The notes beneath the pieces were generated by a model. The model searched no databases and had not been told where the DNA came from. It saw nothing but the letters and a program-made list of their open reading frames with translations. The position numbers were made by a program, and so were the translations under genes. From the NCBI GenBank assembly GCA_028534125.1, contig CM052816.1, positions 90,894,001 through 90,958,000 of the forward strand: DNA of 64,000 bases, in the 5' to 3' direction. The stretch is from Lama glama (Eukaryota). Shown piece by piece: positions 1 to 14,505 of this stretch. Positions within the stretch are counted from its first letter, which is position 1. Each line of letters begins with the position of its first letter.

Positions 1-2084
1 ATTATTTACCACCACACTCCCCGCAAGCAGCTCTTTAGAACGCTCACTAGAAGGTGTCAGAAATGCCATTGGGTTTCTGGCCTTTGCCTCATCTTTCTCC
101 CTGCTAATCTCCATTCCAGTTCTTAAGCTCTTTAACTGATAATTGATTTCATTTTGCTTTCTAAAATTCTCTTTGTGAAAAGATGCATAAGCAGCTGGGG
201 GTTGGAGTGTCGGATTTAATACATCAAGCCAGTGTCAGTAAGAAAGAGCTGAGTGAATTGAAGATGCTCTTTGGTGAAAACATTTTCCTACAGTTGCTGG
301 GCTAGGCAGCCTGGACGAATATGCAGAAGGGTATAGAACAATTAATTTTTCACTCGCCTAAAAGCATTCCTCTTGGTCTGATAGAAATTCCAGGTCTAAA
401 ATTGCCATTAGGATCAGACTTGCTGAAAAAAGAGTGTAGATGTCAGTCTTCTCAGTTATTTTGTGTAAAGAAAGTCCAAGCCATCTGGGCTTTTCGTGCT
501 TTCATTATGCTGGCTCTAAAGACAGAGCAAACTGGCTTTTGTTTTTAGGTTAAGGCAGATGTACCCAGCCTACCATCTCAATTTCTTTTGTATGGGTTGG
601 CATATATTTTAGTTCCTTTGGAATGTTGGAAAGATTTCAGACCAAGTTGGGGAAGAAAAAAAGTATTGGTTTTTTTCCACGACCAAGTTTACTAGCTCAA
701 ATATTTTGTGAACAAATGTCCTCTGAAGTAAGTACATTTATTTGACACCATTGTGGATGTGTCTCTAAATTTGTTGTTAATCTGGCTATTTGGTCAGATG
801 TTTAACTTACGACTGAATCATGCAACCAGGGTTTGGTTTCAGTATATTTAAGAAAGCAAAGGCAGATCCTGAAATATTCTGCTCTTGTATTAATGTGTTG
901 TGGGATAATGTTTTCCCTCGCAGCCATGAACTCTGCAGCAGTCTCTAAATGTGTCCTCGTAATTCAGCCTTTTTCCTTGGCTGCCTTGTGCTTTTATGGG
1001 TGTGTACTTTTTTTGGTGGGGAGTGTAGATAAAGACACTCTTCAATGATACAGGTTTAGTCATAACTGACTTTAAAATGAATGTTACTCTTAAGAATAGT
1101 CTTAAACCCAGAAGCTGTCTTTGGAATTTATTTTTAGTTACCTGTGGAGAAGCCACTGTGTTTTTAAAAACTGAAATAAAATCAGTGGGGCAAGGAATTA
1201 AATCTCTACTGTTGTCCAGAAGCAGATTAAGGCGTAGCAATCAGAAAATGCATGTGATGTGCAGATGATGGCCTGAAGCTATTTTTTTGGTTATCAGAGT
1301 GGAAGGAGAAAAATGCTTTCAAAGTAGTAATTCAGAGAATTTAAGGACTGCACATATAGTTGCTATTATTTTAACCTTCCTGAGTAGTAATTATATTTCC
1401 AAATGTAGTTGGAAAAAACTCATGTCCACAAGATACGCTGATGGTCCAGGCACAACTGAAGAAAAGCTATGGTCTCTGCCCTCTAGGACTTACACCTAGT
1501 TACCTAGTGCCAGTTATGGTAACTGCAACCATAATGGTGATGCTGGTGATGATGATGATGTAGGCGGTGGCCTCTTGCGTAGTCTGAGATTGGTCCTTCT
1601 GTGCTTAGCTGGTAGGTATCAACTCCTACCAGCAGTATTAGCTGCTGGTATTTCTCCAAACTTAACGAGGGAACACCAGTCCTAAATACCATTGGGAGAA
1701 GCCAGTAGGGGATGGGTTAATAAAGTCTGAGAAACACTACATTATTTTTCAGAAATTAAGAGCATGCATTTAGTTTTGATTTCCGTAGCAAAGAAATTAA
1801 AAAGGCAGAAAGAGAAAAAAGGCATTGAAGAAAGTGTTTCCATTCTTAATTAGGCTTTCCACACAGCAAGAGAAGCTGTTCATAAAATTAATCCCTGTCG
1901 ACATGCGTGCACTTGGGGAACTGCTGAGCTAGACCACGCTCCCTTTTCTGTGGTTGCTGTTTTCGTTTGGGGTCTTAGAATCAGTGTTGATCAGCTGAAA
2001 CCAGCATTGCCTTCTCTAGGATATGAGTCTACACAAGCACCATTTGGATGTTCTACGGTTTATAAATCACTTTTAAAAATGTGT

Positions 2085-2205
2085 TTGGTTATTGTGGTCT
2101 CTCCTCTGGACTGGAAGCTCCATGAGGGTAGAGATGTTTCCCTGCACCCCAGGGCCTCCCCGAGTATCACCACAACCCTGGTGTTCAGTAAATGTTGACT
2201 GAAGG
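2085..2205 (+). mobile_element. L2 LINE 3' end fragment
   Basis: ctggactggaagctccatgagggtagag...ggtgttcagtaaatgttgactgaaggaa resembles the L2 3' terminus. Confidence 0.7.
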
Positions 2206-2246
2206 AAGATGTATTTTGTGTTCTGGGCTGTATACATTTTAAATTG

Positions 2247-2693
2247 TTTCGTACTGGCAAAAAATGTACAACCTAAAAGTTGAGAACTATGTTTTATCTG
2301 GCAGACTTAAGACTTATCTGAGGACTTAAGTCTAGAAGACAGCCTCTCATGTAGCCCTGAGGGACTGATCCAGGAGGTAGAGGAGGAGTCAGGATGTATA
2401 GGAGTTTTTACAACAAAAACCAGGTCCTCGGAACATCAAAAGATTACTGTTAATGAAAGAAAACCAGACATTTCAAGTTCTTGAATGTAGCACTTTGGGA
2501 AGATGCAAGAGTCTGGGCTGATTGAAATCACACCTTTGATACGCACGTTAGCTACCTAGGGCCAGTATCTCCTGCTTTTCTCTATCCTGAGTCCCCTCTG
2601 GGTGCCCGATTGGGAGTGGCTGTGGTGGCTGAGGGCTTGATGGCCACAGCATCCTTTGTTTGCTGCTGTGACAGACAGCACTCTTCATCGATG
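2247..2693 (-). mobile_element. Solo ERV1 LTR, MER41-like (cetartiodactyl MER41_BT type)
   Basis: aaaaaatgtacaacctaaaagttgagaactatgttttat...ggaacatcaaaagattactgttaat...gggaagatgcaagagtctgggct...catcctttgtttgctg matches my recollection of the consensus; boundaries approximate. Confidence 0.7.
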
Positions 2694-3912
2694 TATCAGA
2701 TGAATTTAGTCACCACTGTGTTTGAGGGTACAGGGACATAATCTGTCTGACAGTCCGAAGAAGCATATTTAAGAGATTAAATACGAACCTGGTACCAAAG
2801 AGCAGAGTCCCAGCTATGACTTTGCCACCAAACTGAGTGACTATGGACAATTAGTAAAATGGTGATACTAACCTCTCGGGGTTGGCTTGAAGAATGGAGA
2901 GGGAGCATGTGGGAGCGTGAGGGATGTGCCGACATGGTGTGTCCTCAGTACCTGTCACGTACTAATAAAGCGTCATCTCAAAGGCAAGCCCCACACAACG
3001 AAGATGATCTTCCCCACCTTTAATACTAACTGGCTAATCATGAACCTCGTGGTGGCCACCCAGCTTCTCTTCATCCTGTTTTAGCTGCTTTTGACAGCAA
3101 AGAACTGAGATAATACAGACGTCAGACAATGATCAGTGAAGGGATGATCATAATCTAGGAGAATTCCTTTGTGTGGTAGTGGCTCCCTGGAGTTAGCCTT
3201 TGTGATTGGGTGTGGGAGGGAAGGAAGGAGAGAGACTTGACAGGTCCATCCTAGAACATTGTGTCTCACACCCAGAAATGACTGTCATCCATCAGCGGTT
3301 TCAGGGTGGTTTTCAGAGTTGCGAAAAGCTTGGTGTGAAGGAAGCAGCATCGAAATCCTGTTGACTCTGGTGACTCTTACAGCAGTGTTCTCATTAGCTT
3401 GATTTTCTGCTTGGCCTCATTTTACTTTGAAAACAAAAGCCGTACACAAGCCGTGAACACTGGGGTACGATAGGTCTGCATTTACGGCTCCCACTGGCTG
3501 GATCCTGTATCTCATTGGTGCCCAGGCCTTTGGATCCCTGCATCCAGAAATTCTAGGAGACCAGCACAGAGTTATCTCATCTTTCATCTTGTCAGGTAAG
3601 GGGATTTAATAACTTTTCGGCCATCATTTTAATTTTAAAAGGCGATTTTAACACACTGAAGGCAGGAAGGACAAAATTTCAAAATAAAGGGCAGCCTTTT
3701 ATAAGCTTTAAGAAAAACTCAGTCCATTGTCTTGTGTGTCTCATTTGGCTCTTGAAAATTAGTAGCCCCAGTTAAGCGTTTGAAAGTCCCTGCTCCAATT
3801 AACTCAGCAATAGGGATCTTTTACCCGACAAGGGAAATTGCTCTCCCGACTCCAGGTTTGTAATTCCTGGCCCTTGCCTCAGTGAGAGGTTTAGTTCTGT
3901 AGCAGGCTCTTT

Positions 3913-4018
3913 ATTACTATTTTTTTTCTGTCCTCCCCACCCCACTTTTTTTTTTTTAAATGGAGGTGCTGGGAATTGTGCTAAGCATGCGCTCTACGAC
4001 ACTGAGCTACACCCTCCC
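3913..4018 (-). mobile_element. tRNA-Ala-derived SINE (Vic-1-like), internally deleted
   Basis: T-tail, then aatggaggtgctgggaattg-tgctaagcatgcgctctac..cactgagctacaccctccc, the reverse complement of the head seen at 51226 and 56606. Confidence 0.8.
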
Positions 4019-5689
4019 GCTGAAGCAGGTACTTTAAATCACTCTCATTCCTTTTGCTTAAAGATAAGGTTTTCAATCATTTTAACATATCTAGTTAAGG
4101 CTTCAGTTATAGGTTTTGTAGGATAATTAAATCAAGAAGGAAATATACGTATATATATAATATATGTGTGTCTGAAATTCCTCTGCTTTGGAATAAAATC
4201 CTGTTGTAGAGTTTATAAATTTTACAGACTATGTAAGGAGAGGCAGGCAGAAATCCCAACTCCCCCATTGTTAACTGTGGTTTCTGTGCAACTTTCAGAG
4301 TTGTGCAAACCTTGATTTTAGAACCATTGAGAAAAATGTAGTTAGGATAACACGTGTTCTTAATGTCACTGTAACTTTCACCTAATTTCACTGTTGGGTT
4401 GACATTAGTTTTAAGGACAAAAGCTAGTATACAAGGTGACACTTAGAATTAGTGGCTGAGTATAGATCAGGTTCTAGAATCCTGTTGATGTCAGTGTTGT
4501 ATTGTGATAACGTTGTAAGGCCACACATGCTTTGCTTTTCAAAAAACAACCAGCTAGTTCTGGTAGATTAATTGAACTAGCAGAAAAAGAACCTAAGTTT
4601 TCTTGCTTCGTTTATTAATATTCCTCATTTCATACCATAATTACATAGTTGCCTGTTTTAAGTGACTCTTTTTTAAAAAATAGTCACAGTTAGACAAAGT
4701 TATTGGAGAAGGTGTGATGGATAAATCTTGGAGTCACTGGATATAATCTTTATTTTCAGGAATCATTCTCTGTGCACTTACTTCACTTAGCTCTGAGGCC
4801 GAAAAAAAACCCTAAAAATTAAAGATGTGTGTTAATATGTGATGTGGATCTGATAGGAGTGAAATGTGTTTTTCTTTGATTTATGTAAAATTCTCAGGGC
4901 CCAGTGGACCAACCCTGAGTCAGATAAAGAATTAACTATTCAAAGGGAAAAGTGGATGTAAGTTGCTTGGAAGAAAGTGATTTTCTAGCAGTGTCGTTTG
5001 AGAGAATCATTTTAAGGATTCATGAAAAAAGCTGGGTAGAAACATGGAACAATTTTTGGGGGGAGGAGAAGGAACAGAGAGAAAGGGGGCGTGGACCGTG
5101 ATTTGTGACCATTTCAGCAGCTGATTCATCCAGTAACTTCAGATAACACACCTTTCTTGTGGTGCATGGTTTCCCTCTTGTGTGTCAATCTTTTTGTTTG
5201 TCGGGGTAAATTATAATGAAGCAATATGGGTTAAGTATTTGAAGTTCTTACGTAATAACCATGTAATTATTTTTTGTTGGTGTCCTCACTTAACCTCCCA
5301 AGCTTAACTTGGGCAAACTACTTTTGATGCTGTTAATGAACTTAGCAGCCTTTTGGTTAAGTGTTTAACTTTCTATTTCCCATGACCATTTCACTCCTTT
5401 AGAAAAAAGAAAATCTGTAATTTTACCCATCACTGCATAATTGATGTGCTAAGTCCAAGGACTTTGCATAGATGTAGTTTTGAAACACTGTTTCTTTTAA
5501 ACTTCATTTTTAGTAATGGTCAGGCAAGAGTGACTGTTTTAATATTATTTAGAAAATTAGATAAGCGAGTTCTAGAACCTTCAGGAAATAAACGAAACAA
5601 CCTATTTTGAAACAAGAAAGTATAACATGCCTGGAGGGCACACCAGCCTGCACTTCTGTCGTCCGACATCCTCTGATGGCTTGCCTTTG

Positions 5690-5805
5690 GCTTCCAGCCC
5701 TGCCTGTCACGTACTGTGTGACCTTGGCCAAGTTAAGCAGGCTTGCTGGGCCTCAGTTTCCTCATTTATAACATTGGGATTAGAATAGCACCTTCCCAGA
5801 GGACT
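5690..5805 (+). mobile_element. MIR SINE core
   Basis: ctgtgtgaccttggccaagtt...gggcctcagtttcctcatttataacattgggattagaatagc. Confidence 0.8.
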
Positions 5806-8800
5806 GACTGCCAGACAGAATGTAGGTATCTGGCAGGTTACATAGATAAGAATTGCCGTAATGATACATGTATGTGTGAGTATGTATGTTTATGCATATA
5901 TGCATGTGTCGACGTGCACACGCAGGTTACAGAAATATTGGGGTTAGGACATTGTCCTAAATATTTAAAAAGGGAGGATGGAGTGGGGAGCACACTTTAA
6001 GCCGGAGCACACTGAAGGTCATGTGATGTGTGGAGGTCGGTGCTGCCCTGGCTGGGCCAGCTGCGTGTGGTTTCAGCTGGCTACCGGGACTGAAGGGACT
6101 GGCCTCCTAAATGAGTGGCGGTGGGCTCAGGCCACGGGGGATCGGAGGAAGCAGGCAGGTGGAACGAGAGTCCACAGCGGATTTCCAGGGAAAACGAGTC
6201 TTTGATAGTTTCATGTTGAGCCGATGGGAGGAGGCAGGCATCTTCTGTTGGCAATAGCAATGCCTGAGCTCCCAGGTCCCTTGATGTGTGCGTGGTAACC
6301 ACCTGTCTGATTCTCACGCAGCCCTGTAACTGGAGAGGGCGAGTGTTTCTTACCAACTTGGGGCAGATTAGGAAGGTTCCAAATAGTGGATTGATTCATG
6401 TCAGGTCACGTCACCGATGGGATGGGACCCCTGTGAGAAGGTGATTTCGCTGGTGGAGTTGGTCTCCCTCTGCCTGAGCCCCAGCTCCTTTATGACAGCA
6501 GCTTTTAAAGGCACTTGGAGGATCAGTTTCTCGTCCTCCCCTCCCCTTGCCTGGCTCTCAGCACGCTTTCTCCTCTGTCTTTATCTCCTTAGCTTCTCTC
6601 ATAGTGCTGGGCAAGGAGGCAACACATTTTGAACAAAAGAGCTTTTTGCAAGGCGCAGGTGAGTCTTAGACCCCCATCTCAGTCCACACACGGCATCAGA
6701 AATGACACTTACTTAAACTTAGGCTAGTGTGGGGACACATTGTCAGAAGTATATGCATTCTTGTGAAGGATTTTCTGTGTGGTGCTCTTTTCCTAAGGAG
6801 TTGCTTTATACTGTGAAACCAAGAATATACTGGCCACCTGATTTTGTATGTGTCACGTAATACTACTCCGCTCCTAGCAATGCCTCCAAAAGCTTAGTCT
6901 CATGGCTTCTCTGATTCACCCTCGTTGCCTATTAGATACTGTGCTAATCTCAGCAGGAAACGTCACGGCTGTTCCTGGGTGTGGGCACATAGGTGCCGGA
7001 CCAGTTAAACTCCAAGCCCGAGCCCGCTGGAGTCTGGAATAATGAGCCAGGACAAAGAGCTCATGGGCTTTATTATTAGACACACTGACAAAAACTTATT
7101 AATGAAAAACAGTTTGCGAGAAGAGTTGGCAGGGAAGTCAGCTTCCATTGTGAAAAGTTCAAATAGAACTTCTTTGTTGGTGAGTCTGAATTAGTTATCA
7201 GTGTCTCAGACCACAAAGACTCCTCCGTTTTGATGGTCTGTGGAGCTGGTGAAATCCCAGATCCTTCCCATCTTGGAGAAATCTGAAACATTTAAAAATT
7301 TCGAATGAAAATTAACCTCTAGCTTTGCTGTTTCATGCCCGCTCATGCATAATTTAAAGGGCATTAAATTTATGGAGGTGAATTTCAGTGCCGGTAGGAG
7401 AGACATTTGAAACCGTTTTTCTGAAATCTGGAAAATCTGTCTTGAGTGTTGAGTTATAGCCTCCTTAACAGAATTGTTCATATTGTTAGTAATTTGTTCT
7501 GACCTTTTGTACAGAAATATTGTCTCCATCTTAATAGGCTTAGCTCAGCCCACTAAGTAATTACCCATAATATCTTAATTCTTCTAGTACACAATGAAAA
7601 GACCTTAACAGCTTTGAAACTGAATTCGTTTGAAAACATGTATTGTTTCTGAATAATACTATTGTATGTGTTTGCGGGGTGGTGGTGGGGAATCCTGTCT
7701 TTAGGGTTATGTAAGCAGCTTCTAAACATTTTAAATCACCTCTTTTATTTTTTAAGTGAAGACAGCTCTATGTTGAATCTCCTTTCTCCCTCCCATATAT
7801 TGGTTTTAACTTGATTTGTAGCAGCTAGACGTTTAAAATAAGGGCTTATAGAGCCATCTTTACCTAAAAAATAAAATTTGAAGAGATGTAAGCTTATAAG
7901 GATATCGCCAGAAAGGAAGGATGCCCAAATTCCCTTTTTGGGAAAGTTCCATGGAGGATGGGAAGGGAATAGGCAGAGAATGATGATACTGACGAACACA
8001 TGGCCAGGTTTAACCTGCCATAATCTTAGTTCTTAAGGTGAAGCCTTCAACCGGATTCCCATCATTTTCTCTAAACCTCAGGTGCTCTGGCTTGTAGATA
8101 TTTAGACCAAATTTCCAACAGAAGGTGTGAAGGACTTTCATACCCTTTGCATTCACAGACATTTACAAAGAAACAACTCCTTGTTGACACTTTTCAGAAG
8201 TAAACAAGCCAGCAGTATTCTTTTTAACCCCTTACTCAGTTCATGGTCCATGTACTCGGAAAACTGATCTCAGTACGTAATATTATTTTTTTAATTAATT
8301 ATACATTTTAAAAGAGATCTTTGTGATCTTCACTTAGTGACCTGTGTTTTTTCAGTGTTTTCTCTTTCCAGCCATCTGACTCCTCCTAATGCTTCTAGTA
8401 ACTCGAGTAGCATTTTCCTGACATTTCTAGAGATTTCCTTGGCAGTGGGGGTGGGGTTGGCACACAGGGGAAGTGTGGGAGTTCACTCTCCTGTGTTCCA
8501 GGCTTTCCTTTCCTATTATCTTCTGGATGGTGTGTTTTCTCCTGATTCTTGTACCGTCAGCTTGAGCCAAGCTGACCTCTTGCCCCTTTGTAGCTATTTG
8601 ACCAAACTAACAGCCAAAAATGACTTCTGGTTTCAGTCTAGAATCTGGACTCATTCCGATTCTATTTTTGTTCACTGGATTAATAACTACTTTGCGTGGT
8701 ATCTCTTAATTCTTACTTGACACTTCAAAATGAGTGGCATGCAACAGAGGGCTTAAAGCTAGGATTCATAAAATTGATTTTGACTCTGTTTTAAAACTCC

Positions 8801-10978
8801 AAGACGTATTTGGCTCAGCTATGTCTTTTTCATTTCACTTAAGAGCAGCCAAGAAATTACTGTCATATTATTCAGTTGAAGGCAGTTTCAGGACAACCAG
8901 TAATGAAAAATGTTCATTTACAACTCAGTGTTTGGAGTTAGGTTCTAGGGGACAAAGGCAAGGGCCCCATTCTATGATCTCAGCGCCGGGAAGGGCAGCC
9001 GTGCTCCTCCTCGTAGCAGACTGAAGGCAGCCATGAGTGCAGACGTTTCACTAGGCCGTGAGGACCCAGAAAGTTCACAAGACACGGTCCTGGTCCAGTA
9101 CAAGGACGGCAGCTCACTCCTGACTGCTGTAGACACGACACTTTGCCCTGCTTCCCACCGGCCCATCTGCAACCCCAGATCCTCATCATGATGCCCCAGG
9201 AAATCAGCCGCGTCCACTCAGGAGCTGAAAGTTTTGCTCCCCATGCCTGGTTCTTAGGCAGAGATCAGAAAGAGGAGATTCTAGTATAATGTGGTGATAG
9301 GAGAGGGTTCTGTCCAAGGTGCTGTGAGAGTAGGGCACTCAGGCTGGGCATGGCGGCTGAGACTGGGAAGGGAGTGACCCAGAGGAGTGCAGGACGGACC
9401 CCAGGGAGTTCACTGCAGCGTGGAACGCAGGGAGGGGTGCGCGAGGGGGCGAGAGATGGATAGGGCTGGAGTCAGCTTGGTGGCAGAAGCAGCAGGGGCC
9501 CCTGAGGAGAGGTATTGTGGGGAAACCACAGTTAGAAGATAATTCTTTATCTTGGAAGTGATTGGGAACCAACTGAGAAAGAATTTCAATCAGGGCATGA
9601 TCAGATTACATCACCGATAACAGTCACTCAACTAACAATGGAAATACTGGAGTTGCTTACTCAATACCAAGAACTGTGTGTTATCTTTCTCCTTCCTCTA
9701 TTAGTATCATCCCAGTTTTGTAGATGATGAAACTGAGGGTTAGAAAGCAGAGTAACTGGCCCAGGTTGAGATGACTCGGCCAGATGGTTCAGATCCGTCC
9801 GAGTCTGTGCTGGGCAGACTTGAGTGGCGTCCCCTTCAAGACCTTAATCAATCTCCAGTTGGGGAAGCATCAAACAAAGAAGCCAAAGTTTCATCTCTGA
9901 AAGTTTCTTTCAATTCTAAGTTGTCCAAGGCCAGGAAAACTTGTCATTAAAACAAGTTTAAAAAAAAAAAGCTTTTTTTCATCATATAAAATTAAAACTC
10001 AAATTGTTTCTTGGCCTCTGATTTGAGAACCATTGGATTCATGCCATGGGACCCTGGAGGCAGAGAAACTAGTTAGGAAGCAGTTGTCGGGTCCAGATGT
10101 GAGTGGTGAGCGACAGCCAAGGCGGGAGAAGGAAGTAGACAGAAGATGGGTTCGAGGTGGTGTCGGTCACTTCAGCACCGGGACTTGGAAGGTGGGCGTG
10201 GTGGCCAGCAGAAGGGGGAATGTTAGGTTGACTTTGGTTTCTTGCTTGGGGAGCTGGTAATGAAGGTGTCATACCTGAGTAAAGAATGGGGAAATGAGCA
10301 CTGGGTGAGGACAAGATGTGGAGGAAGCCTGTTTTTGTTCTGGGTTTTTTTGTTTGTTTGTTTTGAGATGCTTTTGAAACATCAGGGTGGTTCTGATTTA
10401 TAGAAATGGAGATTTGTAATGGCAGAGTTTAAGTTCATGCTATGAGGGTCTGGGCTCGTAACTGGGAAAAGAGGGATTGGAAAGGGGCTCTTAAATTAGA
10501 ACAAGGACCAGGACATCAGCAGAAGTAAAGGACCCTCAGAAGCAAGAACCCGTGGACCATTTGTCTCAGGAGCATGGGGCCAGGAACTGGGGCTTCTGGG
10601 CTTTCTCCCCATCCCGGTGTCTTGCTTCTTAGGGTGTCTCTGGGCTGAGATTGACTATGCTTAACACCAGTGGGTTAGAGAAGCCCTTTCTGTTTCTAAT
10701 AGCTGGTGACTCTTGGAGGAGCTTTATTATTTCATTTTGTTTCATTTTTCAAAAGCAGTTCCACAATATTCATTTTTTAAAGATTAATTGAATTATGTGT
10801 ATCCAGATATGTTCATTGATAGTGACCTTGATTGGACTGATTTCGCTTTAAGCCTAGAAATACTTAAAATTTTTAGAAAATAGAGAAGTCATAGAAAAGT
10901 ATTTTAAAAAAATGACCACATTATTGGAGTTCTGATACATTCTCTTCAAGGCTTTTTGCATACATGTATTTTAAAGCT

Positions 10979-11432
10979 CTTTTTTTAATTAAGCTTTTTG
11001 TTTTAAGATCATTGTTGATCCATATGCATTTGTAACAGAAAGATCCCACATACCCTTTACCTGGTTTCCCTCGATGATAACATCTTGCAAAACTGGACCA
11101 CAGTATCCCAACCAGGGTATCACACAGATGGAATGGAGACACAGGACCTTCCCATCTGCACAAGGATCCAGTGTGATGCCCTTTTATAGCCACATACCTT
11201 AACTGTCCCCTCCCCCCCAGCCTCCAGCAACACCAATCTGTCCTTCATTTGCTATAATTGGGTCATTTCAAGAATATTGCATAAATGGAATCATGTGGCA
11301 TGTAATCTGGGATTGACTCTTTCTGCTTTTGCCTATTATAAATAAAGCTACTGTGAACATCCATGTGCAAGTTTTTATGCAAATATAAGTTTTTGTTTAT
11401 TTAGAACAAATGCCCAAGGTACAGTTGCTGGT
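10979..11432 (-). mobile_element. Old L1M (L1MC/MD-like) 3' fragment
   Basis: T-rich tail, taccctttacctggtttccc..ataacatcttgcaaaact, ataaatggaatcat, ataaagctactgtgaacatccatgtgcaagttttt. Confidence 0.75.
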
Positions 11433-11902
11433 GTGCGGGGATATGTGTGTATCTGTGTGCTTGCACTTGTGTGTATTAAAAAAAAACCTAGGATTATATT
11501 GTGTGTGTGCAGAGTATAATTTCATCATAAATTTACCTTAGTATAACTCTATAGTGAGAAAACATTAGTATATAGTCATCATTTTCTTAACACTTGAGTT
11601 CTTCCATGTGGAAAGACTGCCTTAAGCATGAACATGGTCCTTTTCTGGGTGGAGTTGGCCCGTGTAGTGGTGTGAACAATGAGAAAGCTTTAGAATATGT
11701 ATTTGAGCACAGGTGGAGCAACACGTATGATTTTCTTTGCAAAGCAGATTGTCCTAAAATTTTCTCTTACAGATAGAAAAGTAATATATAGCATTTAAAA
11801 GAAATCAGCACATAATTCTCTAAAATCACAATTCCTAATGTTGCACATAAATTCTGATTTGAGATCTTACTTTCCTTAATATGCCAATACTCTAGTATGT
11901 TC

Positions 11903-11905
<3 letters not shown>

Positions 11906-11957
<52 letters not shown>
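11906..11957. repeat. (TG)26 microsatellite
   Basis: Perfect dinucleotide run. Confidence 0.97.
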
Positions 11958-11960
<3 letters not shown>

Positions 11961-12779
11961 GCCATTCCTTCCAACTGTGCCAGCTCACTGTGACTGTTAC
12001 CTTTTGTCTCTGAGGTTCACTGGGGGAGAGGGCAGGGTCAGTGTATCCTCCGGGCCTTCTTGGTTGACGGGCAGTTGCGGGTACAAGTGACTGAGTTGCA
12101 TTTAGCACTGCCGTCTTAGCTTTGCTGGTTGTGTGGCCGGGTTCTAAGTCCGTGGGCAGATGTGTGTCCACAGATTAGCTTCCTGGGTGTTTCAGGCTCC
12201 TCAGCCTTTTAATCCTTCAGCCTGTACGCTCTGCAGTGTCATCAGAAAAGATCTGGACTCAGTGGTTAAGCTTTAGTGACTGCCGGAGACTGCTGTCCTT
12301 GCTGGGTTGTTCATATCATCACTGATGCTTTTGGCGATGTTATCTGTGCACCTGAGAGTAGAAAAAACCCTCCATCTGGGGGACAATGTTTGTAGTGATC
12401 ACTCCTAGCCATGATTCAGACATTGCTTTCCTGTGAAGTTTCTAGAAAGTTGGTCTCATTGAATTGCATTTTGTAGTGAGATTTCTTCATTATCTCATCT
12501 CATGAGAAACAGTCTTGGTGTCGTGTTTGATACTGACTTGTCTGTGATGATCAATATGTAGAAGTGTCTCCCTCCATCACTTGGCTGCTTCCATGGTCCT
12601 CATGCTTAGGTCAGAGGCCAAGTGCCCTGCAGGACGCAGAGCCTCCCACACCCTGCCTAGCCACCTTCCATTGAGCAGATGCCCTGTGCTGCATCCCGAC
12701 TTTGTATCTGCTCTTCCCTGGCCGTGGTCCATCCCTCGTAGTTCCCATCACACCCTGGGACTTTCCTCATTTCAACCCC

Positions 12780-12945
12780 CACTATATGATTAGGATTGCC
12801 TGTTTATTTTTCTGATCCCTCAGTGGTCAGTAAGCTCTTTGAAGTGGTGGTGAGGGGAGGAGGCTTAATTCATCGTTGTATTCCTGGGGCCCAGCTCACA
12901 GCCTGGCACGAATGACCCAGGGAACTGGAGTCAGTAAATGAAAAA
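12780..12945 (+). mobile_element. L2 3' fragment
   Basis: gtaagctctttgaag...ttcatcgttgtattcctggggcccagctcacagcctggcac...tcagtaaatg. Confidence 0.6.
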
Positions 12946-14269
12946 TCATGGAATAAGAGAGAGATTCAACTGAGCACGCTGGGAAGGCAGTGCACCGTGT
13001 GCTGCCCCCACCTGCCTCCACCCCTGCTCTCCTTTGCAGGGTAGGGGTTCTTAACCTTTTACTCCTCTGAGTGAGCCAGGGGCTGGTGGAGCTGGAATTC
13101 AAAAGGCCACCTCTGAACTAGAGTCCTGTTAAGGTGGGAGGCACCTTTTCCGTGATCTCGATTTTAATGCTAGCTGTGCTGTGTGCTGTTGGGTTGGTTT
13201 CCTAACTCCTCTGAATCTTTTTAAATTCATTCTTTAAAAAATGAGTAGCGGTGTTTCCTCCCTTTCTGAGGATCAGATGTGCCTGATGCATGCAGTCAGC
13301 ACTGAATAAGTACCAGTGCCCTCTGCCCGCCCCTCTTGGTTATTTTGGTTTTGCCCCCAAATGCCATGGGCATTGAAAACCTGCTGACCGTTGAAATGAC
13401 TTAATCTCACAACTCGTTTGAGTTAAAAGAAAATAATCTTTGTTTCATCTGTACTTAGAAGTCAGTTATCTCACAAACTCAAGGAGGGAGGTTCAAGTAA
13501 CAGAATATTTATTTACAGAGAGGTCATTTTAAACCCCCGGTGCCATGTAATTAAGATGTATTTACTCTGACAAATTGAAGCTGAAAGCGAAGCACCGTTG
13601 CATTTTTCCCCTGCACCCTGGGAGAGGAGACGTGGATCATTTTGCTTTTGATTAGATTCCAGTGGAACTTCCAAGCGGGCTTTACATTTCTGTATCCCAC
13701 ATACTTTCTCCAGCCTCCTGGGGCAGTGGCAAAACAGGCCGAGGCAGAATTTCAGTTAAGTGGCTGGTTTCCTTCTATGACTAAGATTATAGCCATTGAA
13801 AGTTGGAGTCTGTGGACCTTAATGTGAGGAAGCTGGAACTTGGTTTACGTGATCATTTTAGCCACAGGTCAGGAGGCAAAAGTCTTAACCTCTCTCATCG
13901 GTCATACTTTAATTCAAGAGCCAGTAAATGAAAGATGGAAAGTAAATTAAAGAGAGGCACCCTCCCCCACCATGTAGAATTCCAGGGAAAATCTAAACTA
14001 GGCCAGCCAGCTTTGTGTAGAGGGATTAAAATAGAAGAAAGTGTTGTATCAAGTAGTTTTTCATTGGATACCACACTGGTCAGGATCATCGTAAAAAAAA
14101 CGTAGACCTGAATGAGCCACCCCTCCCTCTTGGCGCCTTCTCCTCCTGCACAGCTGGTGTACAGGACTTGTCTAAGGAGTGGGGGCTCCTCCATCTCTAA
14201 GACTCTTGATTCTTTCCTTCAAGAATGTTCCATGATGTTGGCATTATGAACCCCTCGTCGGAATTGCTA

Positions 14270-14505
14270 CCTTATATTGAGCCCTCACTGGTGTCAATCG
14301 CCATGACTTGTACCTACATGCTTTTCTTCAGTTTTCACAGTCATTCTATGAGTTAGGTGTTACAGCATCATTCTTATTTTATCACTAGAAAAATAATGGG
14401 CCAGGGAAGTTAAGTGTCTTGTTCATTGTCCCTGCGCTATGAAAGCATAGATCTAGGAGAAGTGATTCCAGCCAGATCTGACCCTGAGGCCATGTTTTGA
14501 TCATG
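14270..14505 (-). mobile_element. MIR SINE
   Basis: ctatgagttaggtgtt...cttattttatcactagaaaaataatgggccagggaagttaagtgtcttg...gccagatctgacc. Confidence 0.65.

Noticed and set aside
1504..1692. Poly-His ORF on the minus strand
   Set aside because: Results from an imperfect (GAT)n microsatellite at about 1535-1560.
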